Positions 12,788 to 27,637 are shown, numbered from the stretch's first letter. The stretch: 64,000 nucleotides of DNA from Eledone cirrhosa (GCA_964016885.1 OZ024743.1:91884001-91948000); one strand, 5' to 3'. A program made the numbers and translations. The notes: generated by a model not told the origin, from the letters alone.

Positions 12788-13381
12788 TATATATATATAT
12801 ATATCACCTGTATAAAATACCTGTATATGAATGTAGTATTTATATGTAAGTGCTACACTCGCACAAACTCTCACAGAATCGTACACACATACACACTAAC
12901 ATATATAAGCGCACACACTCTCACTCTCTCCCTCCCTCTATCTCTCCTTCCCTCTATCTCTCCCTCCTTCTATCTCTATCTCTGTAGTTTAAATAGCTCT
13001 CAATCTACCTACCTATTTTACTGTCTCAATATTCCGTTCATCTCCGTTGAACTTAACCAATAGCCAACTCCACTACCAAATTGTCACCCATGTAAATAGA
13101 AGATATAGTATTCCTTTCGCTTTATATTATGTTTTAGCAGTATTTTGTTTGAATATTTATCTTGGTCAATTTTCCGTGTCGTGTTTGATTATTTCAATAT
13201 CAGAAATATGGACATTTGAATCATTCACCAGGTAAGTTTGACATTTGTTTGTTGTTATTAAAATAGGAAGTCATTTGTAATTTTCTAAATGTATTTCAGT
13301 GTTATGAATTATCGGAGAGGAGTGGATCTTGGATAGAGAGATAGATAGATAGATAGATAGATTTCTTAGATTGATATATAT

Positions 13382-13418
<37 letters not shown>

Positions 13419-13879
13419 TTTCTTAGATTGATATATATATATATGTGTGTATATATACATATATGTGTGTGTGTGTGTGTATATATATATAGAGAGAGAG
13501 AAAGAGATGGATAGATATTAGATATATGGATACATAGATACATAGGTAAATATTCGTACATACATGCATATATACATACATTCATACATATATTTATATA
13601 TAAATACATGGATACATACACACATACATACATACATACATGGAAGGATGAATAGATAGATAGATATGTTATATTTGATATATATATGTTTACACACACA
13701 CACATATATATATATAAACATGCATACATAGACGCACATATAAATTACATATATATATATATGTGTGTTTAATCGGAATGAATGGAGGCTATATATAGAG
13801 ATACATAGGTAAATATTCGTACATACAAGCATACATTCATACATATATTTATATATAAATACACACATACATACATATA

Positions 13880-14080
13880 TGATCGACTTTCATCAAATCG
13901 GACCGAGGAAACAACGTTTCCATTGGTCTTTATAGTATCTAGCGGTCGCAACTCCGGGTAGAAGGAGCAACGTGAAATAAAATGTCTTGGTCAAGGACAT
14001 AATGCATCACCTGGTCTGGGAATCGAACTCACAACCGCACGATTGCGAATCAAGTTCTCTAACCACTCAGCCACACGCCT
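13880..14080 (-). mobile_element. tRNA-derived CORE-type SINE (relatives ~40223-40500 +, ~41708-41812 -)
   Basis: Minus strand reads A box TGGCTGAGTGG, B box GTTCGATTCC, then CORE-like gtccttgaccaagacattttatttcac. Confidence 0.75.
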
Positions 14081-14089
14081 ATGTATATG

Positions 14090-14128
<39 letters not shown>

Positions 14129-14139
14129 ATATATATATG

Positions 14140-14336
<197 letters not shown>

Positions 14337-14483
14337 AGGTATGGCCCCGACGGCAGAGCTCAAGCCGTTTGACGGCTATTGAGTCCAGAAATAGCCGTCG
14401 AAACGGCTTGAGCTCTGCCGTCAGGGTCATACTTTTTCCTATTTCCCACTCTACTACCCTAAGTCCTTACCACAATTCCTTTG

Positions 14484-14544
<61 letters not shown>

Positions 14545-14574
14545 CATAGATATAGATATACATACATACCTATA

Positions 14575-14646
<72 letters not shown>

Positions 14647-14800
14647 AGGGAGAGTGAGAGACATACATACATACATATATATATATAGAAATGAATATAT
14701 ATATATATAGAAATGAATATATTCGTATATATGTATATATAAATGTACATATACGTGTATAAATATGATGTATATATATATATATATGTTTATATATGTT

Positions 14801-14839
<39 letters not shown>

Positions 14840-15019
14840 TTGTCTATAAATACATATATATACACGCACACGTATATATACATCTGCGTACGTATACTTT
14901 AACGCCATATATAAGTACGCTCTTAGTCTCGCTGTTTTCTACTTAGGAAGAATTTTTGGGATATGTGTATTTCATTACCGTCTTTATTCCTCATACCAGG
15001 TATTGTGTAAGTTCTATAT

Positions 15020-15082
<63 letters not shown>

Positions 15083-15225
15083 GTGTGTGTGTGTGTGTGT
15101 GTGTGTACATGCGTGTTTGTGAGTTGTGCGTATGTGCGTGTGTATTTCAGTATCGGCTCTATTCCTCCCTCTCTATCAGTTATTGTAAGTGAGGATTGTG
15201 TAAGTTTTGTATTGCTGTATATATA

Positions 15226-15257
<32 letters not shown>

Positions 15258-15620
15258 GGAAAAAGTAAGACCCCGACGACAGCGCTCAAGCTGTTTCGAC
15301 GGCTATGTTGGTCTAGAAATAGCCGTCGAAATAGCTTGAGCTCTGCCGTAGGGGTCTTACTTTTTCCTATTACCCACTCTACTTACTACTCTAAGTATTG
15401 AGTACTCTGGTGCGTTCTGGTACATCTGGTTCCTTACCACAACTCCTTTGTTATATATATATACGTGTGTATGTGTGTGTATTTGTGATGTGTGGGGGCT
15501 TGTGCGTGTATGATTGTGTGTGTTGTGTATGTGTGTGTTTGTGTGTGTATGTACGAGTGTGTTTACATTTATGCATTTGTGCATGTGCATGAGCGTGTGC
15601 GGGTGTGTGTGTGTGTTTGG

Positions 15621-15678
<58 letters not shown>

Positions 15679-15692
15679 TTATAAATTTATCT

Positions 15693-16962
15693 CACAACTT
15701 CAACATACGCAGCAACAATGATCACAACAGCAACCACAACTACAACCACTACAACAACCACAACTACAACCACAACAGCAACTACTACCACAACCACAAC
15801 TACAACAACCACTACCACAACCACTACCACAACCACAACAACAACCACAACTACAACCACAACAAAAATCACAACTATAACGACAATAATAACAACAACC
15901 ACAACAATAACAACAGCAATAACAACAACCACAACAGTAACCACCGCAACAATAACAACCACCACAACCACAACCACCACAACAATCATAATCACAACCA
16001 CCACCACAACCACCACAACAACAATCTCAACCACCACCACAACCACAACAATCACAACAACCACAACCATAACCACAATAATCACAACCACAACAACAAC
16101 TACCACCACAACCACCACCACCACAACAACAACCACAATAATCACAGCCACAACAACCACAACCACAACAGCAACCACCACCACAACCACAACCACCACC
16201 ACCACCACCACAGCCACCACAACAACCACAACCACAACCACAACAACAACTACCACCACAACCACTACCGCCATCACAACCACAACAACAACCACAACCA
16301 TAACGACCACCACCACCACAACAACAACCACCACCACAACCACAACCACCACCACTACCACAACAACCACAACCATAACGACGACCACCACAACAACAAC
16401 CATAACGACCACCACCACAACAACAACCACCACCACAACCACAACCACCACCACCACCACCACAACCACCACCACCACCACAACCACAACCACAACCACA
16501 ACCACCACCACCACCACCACAACCACCACCACAACCACAACCACCACCACAACAACAACCACCACCACAACCACAACCACCACCACAACCACAACCACCA
16601 CCACAACCACAACCACCACCACAACCACCACCACCACCACAACCACCACCACAACCACAACCACAACCACAACCACAACCACCACAACCACCACCACCAC
16701 AACCATAACCACCACCACCACCACAACCACAACCACAACCACCACAACAACCACCACCACCACAACCACCACCACTACCACAACAACCACAACCATAACG
16801 ACGACCACCACAACAACAACCACCACCACAACCACAACCACCACAACCACAACCACCACCACCACAACCACCACCACAACCACCACCACAACAACAACCA
16901 CCACCACAACCACCACCACAACCACCACCACCACCACCACAACCACAACAACAACAACTATA
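15693..16962. repeat. Compound (CAA/CAC)n trinucleotide array
   Basis: About 1.27 kb of ACN triplets that becomes more homogeneous toward the 3' end. Confidence 0.95.
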
Positions 16963-17100
16963 ATTAAACTATAGACGTCAGTCAGACATCATTAAGTCGT
17001 TCAGCTGAAATAAACCGATTACCGTTGTTTTTGTTTGTTGTTTTTGTGTTTTCTTTATCTCCTTTATTTCATTCTTAAAACTTCTAAATGTTCAATGTTA

Positions 17101-19519
17101 AGCTCTACCCACCGAGGAGATCCTGGCTGCTCTGCGGCTCAAACACCCTGAGCCACCCACTGATCTCAGACCCATACCCCCACCCGAACCCCACCTGTTC
17201 TTTGTGCCTACTGATGCAGATATCATGTCCGCCATCAGGTCCTTCCCAGCTAGCAGCTGCGGAGGTGTTGATGGTCTCCGACCAGGCCACCTCAAGGAGT
17301 TGACATCCCCCCTCTCCGCTGAGACCGGGCGCCGCCTTCTGAGTGCAATTGTGGCGCTCACTAATAGGCTATTCATGGTGCCCTCGATCCTTATGCCCGA
17401 GGCCTCTTTTTTTTCGGCCAGCCTCACCGCTCTCAGGAAGAAAGAGGGTGGTATACGCCCCATTGCTGTGGGCAATGTCTTCCGGAGGCTGGCTGCCAAG
17501 GTGATCTGCAAGTCCGTCACACACGAACTGGGTGAGGAGTTTAGTCCGGTGCAACTGGGTGTCGGCGTGTCCGGTGGCTGCGAGGGAGCCTCTCATGCAA
17601 TCAGGCAGTTCTTCAACAGCTGCCCATCGGTACCGGCATCCAGGGACTCCAGGCACCTCATTGCCAAGCTTGACATGAGGAATGCCTTTAACTCTTTACG
17701 CCGGGATCATCTGCTCGAGGGCTGCCTCAGCCGAGCCCCCTCTGCCTACCCGCTGGCCTTCCTGTCTTATGGAGCCCCGAGCATGCTCCTAGCTGCTGAT
17801 ACGGTCATACCCTCGGCTACTGGGGTCCAACAGGGCGACCCCTTGGGACCCCTCCTGTTCGCCCTTGATATTGACCACATCGGCCGGAGTATCACGGCCC
17901 TTCTCAACGTTTGGTATCTGGATGATGCTACGTTGGGCGGGCCCGTACGGACGGTCTGCCAAGATCTTCAATCGGTGATTCCTGCCCTGGCGGGAATCGG
18001 CCTCCAGGTCAACTCGGCCAAGTCGGAGGTGGTGAACGTCAGCCTCAATGCTGCGAGCTTTTCAGCCTCCGTCTTGGACGTGCGGTCCATTCTCCGCCAG
18101 GTTCAGGTGACCCCCAAAGAAGATGTCCTCATCCTCGGGTCACCGATCCTCCCGCCGGCCATCCGCTCCACCATCAGGTCCAGGCTTCAACAGCTCCAGA
18201 CTCTCACGAGCCGACTGGGCTTGATTGACGGCCACCCAGCTCTCTTTCTGCTGAGGAACTGCTTCGCCATGCCGAAGCTCCTCTATACACTCCGCAGCGC
18301 TCCATACTACACCCAGACAACTCTCCTCGCTGACCTCGATACTTTTATCCGAGCAGGAGCCGAGGGGATATGCAACGTCAAGTTTGACGACATAGGGTGG
18401 CAACAGGCCACTTTACCGGTCAGGTATGGCGGCCTAGGACTCCGGTCCCCGATCTCGCTAGCTTTGCCGGCGTATCTTTCGTCGGTAACCTCGTCCGCGT
18501 CCTCGTCAGCAGGGTTCTTCAAAACACAACAGAACCTTCTGTGTTCAGAGAACGTGAGGCCGCCTGTGAGACGTGGGACCAGCTGGGACTTAGCCCAGTA
18601 GACGCCCCTCCTCCTTCTCCCCCTGTTGACGTCAAGTCCCCCCAACTCACTTGGGATGCCATCCAGTGCAGCCTGGCCTCAGACAGGCTCATGCGCCAGC
18701 TCGACCAGCACCGCCTTGCTTGTTTTCGTGCGGCCTCCAAACCCCACGGTGGTGCCTGGCTCCATGCTCTGCCCTCCTTCTCCACTGGCACGCAACTACA
18801 CAACCATAGCCTGCGAATCGGCGTTTCCCTGAGGCTCGGCCTCTGGATCTGCCAGCCACACCACTGTCGCTGCGGTTCCACCGTGGACTCTTTCGGCCTC
18901 CACCCGCTTTCCTGTCGCCACAGTGCCGGCCGCATTCCACGCCATACTGCCATCAACGAGGTCATTAAGCATGGCTTGGACGCTGCAGGCTTCCCTTCCC
19001 AGCTCGAGCCGGTGGGGATGGATCGAGGGGACGGCAAAAGGCCAGATGGCATGACCATCTTCCCGTTCCGCGGTGGCAAACCCCTCGTCTGAGATGCCAC
19101 TTGCACCGACACTTTCTGCAGCCGCAACCTGGTGCAGTCTGCGACTGACCCAGGTTCTGCTGCACGTTGGGCTGAGAGGGCCAAACTCTTCAAATACCGG
19201 TCGCTCTCCGACAGGTTTACGGTCGTTCTCCTGGCAGTGGAAACTTCTGGTGCCCTCGGCCCCAGGGCTACCTCCTTGCTCACCACCATAGGCGCTGAGA
19301 TGGCCAGCTGCAGGTGTGTGCCCCGCGAGTTGGAGTGGCTTTTCCAGCGCGTCTCCCTTACCGTCCTCCGGGGAAACGCCTTCTCCATTCTGTCCGCCGG
19401 AGCTGTGGGTGGGCCCCATCGCGTACCAATACATTAGTTAAATACCATTCTTTCATCTGATACGACACAATAAAGACAGTGTGAAACATGAAATATTCAA
19501 ACAAAAAAAAAAAAAAAAA
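17101..19519 (+). mobile_element. 5'-truncated CRE-clade (RLE-type) non-LTR retrotransposon with poly(A) tail
   Basis: GC-rich block starting mid-frame (ALPTEEILAALRLKHP), AATAAA at ~19469, A17 at 19503-19519. Confidence 0.9.
17102..19437 (+). pseudogene. CRE RT + CCHC + restriction-like endonuclease, disrupted
   Basis: GGVDGLRP, RPIAVGNVFRRL, QLGVG, DMRNAFN, GVQQGDPLGPLLF, YLDD, GGLGL; then CRCG...HPLSC, RH, RPDG, *DAT. One frameshift near 18500 and a premature TGA at 19090-19092 (probably from TGG). Confidence 0.9.
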
Positions 19520-19647
19520 GACAACTCTTATATTTGTACATATACAAATTTTCTTTTTTCAATTTTCAATTTCTCAACTTGCTATTCTCTTTTCCCTATC
19601 TTCTGAGGTAAGTATGGGTTCTACGTAACCCTGTTTTGTAATTCTGT

Positions 19648-19838
19648 CGAAGTTACCTGATGAGACCGTCATCCTGTCTTGCATTATTAATAGCGAGGTT
19701 GACTTTGCCTTTCATCCTTACGGGGTCGATAAAATAAAGTACCAGTAATGCACTGAGTAATTGCTGGCCTTGTGCCTAAAGTAGAAACAATTATTAATAG
19801 ATGACGGAGCTGGTCCATTGAAATATGTATAATGATTT
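19648..19838 (+). ncRNA. Degenerate type-I hammerhead split by a SINE fragment (19694-19789)
   Basis: CTGATGA-GACCGTCATC [SINE, flanked by ATTATTAATAG at 19683-19693 and 19790-19800] ATGACGG...GGTC..GAAA-TATGTA-TA. Confidence 0.6.
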
Positions 19839-20069
19839 CACGGAATTAAAATTTACGGCATATCTTCCAGTACGGCCTTCTGTTGTCGTTTTAAACACAC
19901 ACACACACGCACACACACACGCACACGCACACACGCACACGCACACACGCACACGCACACACACATATATATATATAATTAGTTTTTGAATTTTTTTTGC
20001 GAAATTTCTTATCTGAATACGTGTGTTAAAACAGATATTGTTATACTTTGGGAGGGTCATGTTGCCAAT

Positions 20070-20493
20070 AAAAACACTAATTAGTCAAATATACCCATTC
20101 AAAGATCCCCTTGTGCAGATAGGAAATGCATAGTCTACAAGCTAAGCCCACGAATTAACTGCAAAACTAGGAACGTAGTATATAACATAAGATGTACTGA
20201 GGGACAGTGTATGAATAAGAATATAACATACATAGATAGGTGAAACAGTCCGTAGCATAGGAGAAAGGATAAGTGAACACTGGCGAGAACTCCAGGATGG
20301 GAAAAACTCATCAGTACTCCACCAACATGCCAAAATGGAACATAAGGGCACATTAGAGAACATAGATATAAAAATTATATCCACACACAGAAAAGATGCA
20401 ATGCTCAGGCAAATCACAGAGGCGACAAATATAAACGAACTCCAAAAATTAAACAGAAAATATGAGTGGAATAGAAACACAACTAGTAATTAA
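20070..20493 (+). pseudogene. PLE GIY-YIG endonuclease C-terminus (frameshifted; absent from the ORF track)
   Basis: Hand translation: CADRKCIV..INCKTRNVVYNIRC..C..TY/IGETVRSIGERISEHW...LHQH...RQITEA...LNRKYEWN. A 4-bp ATAG duplication breaks YIG. Confidence 0.85.
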
Positions 20494-20720
20494 GGACAAA
20501 ATGAAGACATACAGATACACACAAAAACCAAACTAACAAAACAAATCAGATACACACAGATAGAACAAACAACCAACTAGTGAGAAATAAAGAAACACAT
20601 AAATAAATAACTAAAAACGCTCACACACCCGGATGTAACGCATGCGCAAACTAAGCACACAACACACAAAAACAAGATGGTGTAGGGCAGAACAAAGGAG
20701 AGACACAACATAAAAACCTA

Positions 20721-20763
20721 GTCACTGAGGAGGTCAGAGAATGTGTGACGAAAGTGCTTTGAC
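20721..20763 (+). ncRNA. Minimal type-I hammerhead ribozyme
   Basis: GTCA-CTGAGGA-G-GTCA..TGAC-GAAA-GTGC-TT-TGAC, downstream of the GIY-YIG ORF. Confidence 0.75.
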
Positions 20764-20875
20764 AATATATAAAAACAACCTTCCGGTTATCGAATCAACC
20801 AACTGGAAATTTATAATAAATTGAAGTGAAAACCAACAGGTGCGTGTGATGTTGGCAGCATGACCTTCCTAAAGT

Positions 20876-21479
<604 letters not shown>

Positions 21480-21809
21480 CCTGTATATATATATATACAG
21501 GGTGGTATTTATGGGGGGGGGGGGCAAAGGAGGTGATTGCACTGTAGGATTTAATGGGTGAGGGGACACCATCGATGGCTGTAGCAATTTATTTGTGCCC
21601 TAACCTGGGCTTTTTAGTTTTAGGATCGTTAGAAATATTTTATTTAATACCTGTAATTTTTTCAGTTCCAATTACTTGCGCCCAGCTAACTTTGATATGT
21701 AAAATTGGAGTGTTTGCTGTGCATTCTAATTTCTTGTGTATGAAGGGTCCGCCTAACCGGAAGTAAAAAATCCAACACTATATATATGTGTATATATATA
21801 TATATATTC

Positions 21810-22055
21810 ATGAGAGGGTCGTGGGGCAGAGTCCTCAAACACTCCTTCCAGCGGGTCCAGTCAGAAGCAACCGCCTCCAACTGATCCGGCTGGATCCCCA
21901 AACGTGACCAGCCAAGCTCATGGATGTTATCCAAACATCTTGCCCGGGGTCTACCCCTGCTTCTCTTGCCGGCTGGTTTTGCCCGTAAAATATGTCAAGC
22001 GATTCTTTCCTCAGATTTTCTAACCACATCCCCATAGAAGACTTCCTATTGAGCC
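21810..22055 (-). pseudogene. 3' fragment of an RTE-clade LINE ORF
   Basis: FYGDVVRKSEERIA*HILRAKPAGKRSRGRPRARCLDNIHELGWSRLGI...VASD..RW fits the RTE C-terminal pattern. Confidence 0.75.
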
Positions 22056-22059
22056 ATAA

Positions 22060-22245
22060 TATAATTGTTTCTACTATTGGCACAAGGCCAGCAATTACCC
22101 AGTGCATTACTGGTACTTTATTTTATCGACCCCGTAAGGATGAAAGGCAAAGTTAACCTCGGCAGGATTTGAACTCAGAATGGCAAGGGCCCGAACTCTA
22201 TGCGTCAAAGCATGGCGTCCGACCCTCTACCGATACTGCCAATTC
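22060..22245 (-). mobile_element. tRNA-derived SINE, ~190 bp. Further dispersed copies: 38132-38318 -, 38535-38710 -, 38725-38922 -, 37680-37802 -, 40572-40750 -, 41300-41445 +, 53311-53500 +, 58157-58350 +, 62190-62372 -
   Basis: A-box-like TGGCAGTATCGG, B box GTTCAAATCC, conserved central block, (ATT)n tail. Confidence 0.9.
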
Positions 22246-22475
22246 ACAATATAATGAATATTAAAACTTCACTTCGGTATTGAATATTCTTTTCTCTCAG
22301 CCGTCAACCATATATGGTTCGGATCTTGGTGTTGAAACGGCCGGAGCTCAGCCGTCGGGGTCCTGACTCTTTTCCTATTACCCACTCTACTACCCTAAGT
22401 ATTGAGTACTATGGTGCGTTATGGTCCACATGGTATCTTACCACACTCTCTTTGTTATATATATATATATATATA

Positions 22476-22911
22476 CACAATATATTAATAAATGGAAACT
22501 ATATTTATAAAACCATATTTATCTTATTATACACATTTCAAGGGCAACCAAGGCAAATTATGGTGCGCTTTCATCAGATAAAATACAGATTTGTTTTATA
22601 AATAAATATTGACATACCCGGAAAAAAGACAACCTTAACGGTTGGAGCTTCCTGGATAGTATCCAGGTTGTCTTTTTTCCGGGTATGTCAATATTTATTT
22701 ATGAAACAAATCTGTATTTTATCTGATGAAAGCGCACCATAATTTGCCTTGGTTGCCCTTGAAATATGTGTAATAAAATAAATATGGTTTTATAAATATA
22801 GTTTCCATTTATTAATATATTGTGTATTTACTCCATTAAACTGTTGAGTGCTTTATATCAGTTATAAAAATGTTTAAGCTTGTTGAATCCCAACAAATTA
22901 AATATAACCTC

Positions 22912-22916
<5 letters not shown>
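22476..22916 (+). mobile_element. Family C PLE 3' end: ~160-bp inverted arms plus tail
   Basis: 22476-22635 is the reverse complement of 22664-22826. The tail runs to (TA)n. Confidence 0.88.
22716..22779 (+). ncRNA. Type-I hammerhead (mirror copy on - at ~22520-22585)
   Basis: ATTTTAT-CTGATGA-AAGCGCACC..GGTTGCCCTT-GAAA-TATGTG-TA-ATAAAAT. Confidence 0.75.
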
Positions 22917-22990
<74 letters not shown>

Positions 22991-23080
22991 GTTGAATCAG
23001 AAAACAAAAAAACAACGAGGAGGCGAAGAGGCAGTACAAAATGTTAATATTAGTTTCACCCTTGAGAGTGGAGGGGGGGG

Positions 23081-23114
23081 GACGACGTTTCGGGCATAAG
23101 CCCTTCATCAGGAG
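23081..23114 (-). ncRNA. Minimal type-I hammerhead core
   Basis: CTGATGA-A-GGGC-TTAT-GCCC-GAAA-CG-TC. Stem I is degenerate. Confidence 0.7.
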
Positions 23115-24044
23115 AAAAGTGGGCAGGAAAAGAGTTCCGAGGGTGTGAGTGGGAGTGGTGGAAGTACATTAAACAGGGGGGGGGGGGTTAGAGGATAAAA
23201 AAAATTAAAATACATACACACACACACACACACGTGTGTGTGTATTTACTTGCTTTCATATTAAATATGTGTATATTTATATACATATTGGCGCAGTCAC
23301 ACTTACACACGATGTAAGTATACAGGCATAACTTTATCGCACATTTCGGCTGCTAGCGCACTTCTTAATATATATCTTAAGTAATTACCAAAAGCGCTAA
23401 TTATATGCAAATTACTTCAGAATACTACTAAGAGCGAATAGGTATATAAATCCACCATATACTAGTTTCCTTGTGGTTGTTCTGATGTGGGACCCATAAG
23501 GTCCGAAAATCGATAAATGTATTTATCATTTTTACCAATTTATAGGGAAATTCGTATTTTCTGGCATGTTTACATGCCTACTTATTAAATATGTATATAT
23601 TTATATAGACATTGGTGCAGTCACGGTTACACACTGTGTAGGTTATACAGATATAACTTGACTCTACACTTCCACTACGAGTGCACTTCTTTATATATAT
23701 TACATACACACATAGACATATATATGTGTGTAGTGTGTGTGTTTGTGCATGTTTCTTACTGTATCGATGTGTGCGTGCGTGTGTGTGTGTGTGTGTCCGT
23801 GTGTGTGTGTGTGCATGTGCGAGTGTGTGTGTGTGTGTATTTCGAGGTTTCGCCTCCATTCGATGTCTCTAGAAACCAATAGCTCCCTGGGGGATGCTGT
23901 TACAAATGAAACTTCGAAATCACTGTCACTTTTTCCTTGTAGAACTTAATACTTTATCCATGTATATGTATTGTGTTCTCATTCAGTTAAGCACATAGAT
24001 TTATATACACATCCTTATGTGTGTATATATGTGTATATATGTGA

Positions 24045-24127
<83 letters not shown>

Positions 24128-24231
24128 TGTGTATATATGTATATATACATATATATATATATACATATATATATATGTATATATGTATATATATATATAT
24201 ATTTATGTATATATATATATATGTATATATG

Positions 24232-24300
<69 letters not shown>

Positions 24301-24333
24301 ATATATCTATATATGTATATATATATATATGTA

Positions 24334-24411
<78 letters not shown>

Positions 24412-24441
24412 TATGTGTATATATATATATGTATATATATG

Positions 24442-24519
<78 letters not shown>

Positions 24520-24520
24520 A

Positions 24521-24623
<103 letters not shown>

Positions 24624-24656
24624 TACACGGGTGTGTATGATTGTGTATAGAAGATT

Positions 24657-24751
24657 ATATTAATAAAAGGAATTACAACTTTGTCTGATTTACTCGTTTT
24701 ATTAAATAAAACGAGTAAATCAGACAAAGTTGGAATTCCTTTTATTAATAT
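24657..24751. repeat. Near-perfect ~95-bp palindrome between (TA)n tracts
   Basis: aaaggaattacaactttgtctgatttactcgttttat / ataaaacgagtaaatcagacaaagttggaattccttt. Confidence 0.9.
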
Positions 24752-24765
24752 ATATATATATATAT

Positions 24766-24816
<51 letters not shown>

Positions 24817-24818
<2 letters not shown>

Positions 24819-25079
24819 AGCAAATTATAAACGTAAACATGTAAGTATGTTTTTGAAACGGTGCGCGAGTTTGAAATTAGAAATTATAAGCTTTCACCGT
24901 ATTTTAGACTAAAGAAATTTCTAGCCTGATAGTGGGGTTGATAACCCTCGGAGAAATGGAAAAAGATGAGTGTTGCCGTACATGGGAGTCGAACCCACAT
25001 CTTTGGTTATCCATTTCTCCGAGGGTTATAAACCCCACTATCAGGCTAGAAATGTATTTAGTCTAAAATACGGTGAAAG

Positions 25080-25085
<6 letters not shown>
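24817..25085 (-). mobile_element. (TA)n-embedded foldback with a tRNA-like loop
   Basis: Arms 24885-24960 / 25010-25085. The loop on - reads GGGTTCGACTCCC (B box / T-arm). Tail on the left. Confidence 0.7.
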
Positions 25086-25136
<51 letters not shown>

Positions 25137-25402
25137 CTATATCCAAAATTAAGATAAATCAAAGTGAATTTAATCTAAATCAAAATTATGGGTGTCATGC
25201 CAGAAAGGCATGCGCCATATCACCCGTAAAATAAGCTCCAAGATTTTAATGAATAGGTCCGAGCATTTTATAACAACTAGAAATTGATTGACATATAAAT
25301 AAACATATGAAACAATCACAATATATATATATACATACATATATATATATATAAATTCATTCAAAATATTAACAAAAATAGAACTTCATTGTGATCAAGT
25401 AT

Positions 25403-25467
25403 ATTTTATTATACATATTTCAGAGGTACTGAGCTAACTTCAACAGTACGTCCTCATCAGATAAAAT
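25403..25467 (-). ncRNA. Type-I hammerhead within a PLE-like 3' UTR remnant (~25355-25755)
   Basis: ATTTTAT-CTGATGA-GGACGTACTG..CAGTACCTCT-GAAA-TATGTA-TA-ATAAAAT. Confidence 0.75.
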
Positions 25468-25751
25468 AAGATGATGCATGACATACCCTGACATAGTAGA
25501 TGGTTAAGATCCAGTCGTGGTAGTGAGTAAGATATGACAAAATTCAATATTTATATACCTTAAGATTGATACATGGAAAAACTTGCATATAATACATATA
25601 ATAGAGAGGGTGCGTGTGAGAAAGCTTAAAAATACATAACAGTAATTTACATAACTGTTAGAGATTCAAATAATTATTGAAGAAAGAGGAAAGAAAAAAG
25701 ACAGAGAGAGAACATATGAGGGGAAATATAGCTAGAAGGGTATAGAGAGCA

Positions 25752-25811
<60 letters not shown>

Positions 25812-25900
25812 TTTTTTATATATATATGTATATATATATATGTATATATATATACATATATATATATATATGTATATATATATATGTATATATATATATG

Positions 25901-25932
<32 letters not shown>

Positions 25933-25966
25933 TGTATGTATATATATATATGTATATATATATATG

Positions 25967-26047
<81 letters not shown>

Positions 26048-26048
26048 T

Positions 26049-26081
<33 letters not shown>

Positions 26082-26108
26082 GTATATATATATGTATATA
26101 TATATATG

Positions 26109-26141
<33 letters not shown>

Positions 26142-26259
26142 GTATATATATATGTATATGTATATATATATATGTATATATATGTATATATATATATATG
26201 TATATATATATATGTATATATATATATGTATATATATATGTATATATATATATGTATAT

Positions 26260-26293
<34 letters not shown>

Positions 26294-26540
26294 ATACATA
26301 TATATTTATATATATATATAGAGAGAGAGAGAGGGAGAGAGAGAAAGTAAGAGTGAGGGAAAGAGTGAGGAAGAGAGATAGTAGAATGTTCCATTATAGT
26401 ACGGAATGGGAGACACAATTAAAGTAAGGTATCTAATACGTTATATAGAAAAGGTACATTACTTCATATATATGTGACTGTAGTGTGTGTATTATGTACA
26501 TATATATGTATCTATACGAACATGTATATATATATATATG

Positions 26541-26578
<38 letters not shown>

Positions 26579-26583
26579 CATAC

Positions 26584-26632
<49 letters not shown>

Positions 26633-26842
26633 AAGGAGGTATGTTAAGGAACCAGATGTACCATAACGCACTAGAGTACTCAATACTTAGGGTAGTAGAG
26701 TGGGTAATAGGGAAATGTTTGACCCCGACGGCAGAGCTCAACCCGTTTCGACGGCTATTTCTGGACGCAGAAATAGCCGTCGAAACGGCTTGAGCTCTGC
26801 CGTCGGGGTCAAACATTTTCCTATATATATATATATGTATTA

Positions 26843-27001
26843 GTTTCAGACGATCCCGTTAAGGGTGAAAGCAGCGATTCTTTGCTTAAACTTTAATCTG
26901 TTAATTTAATAAATATTTGCTCTACGGTTCTTATATATTTGATATATATTTATCCTTATCGAGCCCTCTTTGGATTTTAGTCTTCAAATTTATTATTATT
27001 G

Positions 27002-27003
<2 letters not shown>
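26843..27003 (+). mobile_element. Family D (TA)n element with variant hammerhead fold (also 29245-29347 -, 51009-51141)
   Basis: GTTT-CAGACGA-TCCC..GGGT-GAAA-GCA..TGC-TT-AAAC, and shared tail ccttatcgagccctctttggattttagtcttcaaatt. Confidence 0.75.
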
Positions 27004-27042
<39 letters not shown>

Positions 27043-27054
27043 ATATATATATTA

Positions 27055-27170
<116 letters not shown>

Positions 27171-27408
27171 ATATATTATATATATATATATGTAGATAAA
27201 TCTACCAAAATATACGGTAGTGTCCAATCCGTATGAAGAACTCAATGTAATCCAAATATCATGAAAAGAGAAGATGCATTCAAAAATTTTCGATGAAAAT
27301 CATAGGAAAACAGAGTCAAGTTAAATTAATAAAAACAATGAATAAAAACAAAGAACAAGTTCCTTATATTAAAAAATTCATCATTTTACTATCGTTTCTA
27401 GGATATAT

Positions 27409-27594
27409 ATGTGTGTTGGTATGTATATCATATAGATCTATGTAAAAATATTACAAACTATCAGAGGAAATATACATACCTTCACATATATATGCTGTCT
27501 TCAGAAATGAAGACAGCATATATATGTGAAGGTATGTTTATTTTCTCTGATAGTTTGTAATATTTTTACATAGATCTATATGATATACATACCA

Positions 27595-27602
<8 letters not shown>
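27409..27602. mobile_element. Foldback with ~93-bp arms centred on GCTGTCTTCA-GAAA-TGAAGACAGC
   Basis: Inverted repeat read directly. The minus strand has CTGAAGA, a possible decayed HHR core. Confidence 0.75.

Positions 27603-27637
<35 letters not shown>

Noticed and set aside
15492-16974. Poly-Thr (mucin-like), poly-His/Asn and poly-Val ORFs
   Set aside because: Open in several frames on both strands because of the trinucleotide repeat. No signal peptide or unique domain.
21496-21790. Tc1/mariner-like end (TA-CAGGGTG)
   Set aside because: No matching second TIR or transposase found.
23482-23517. Hammerhead-like CTGATGT-GGGACC..GGTCC-GAAA (similar cases at ~55248-55290 and ~39385-39455)
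   Set aside because: Core or stem I broken in single copies. Probably decayed HHRs, not supportable as features.
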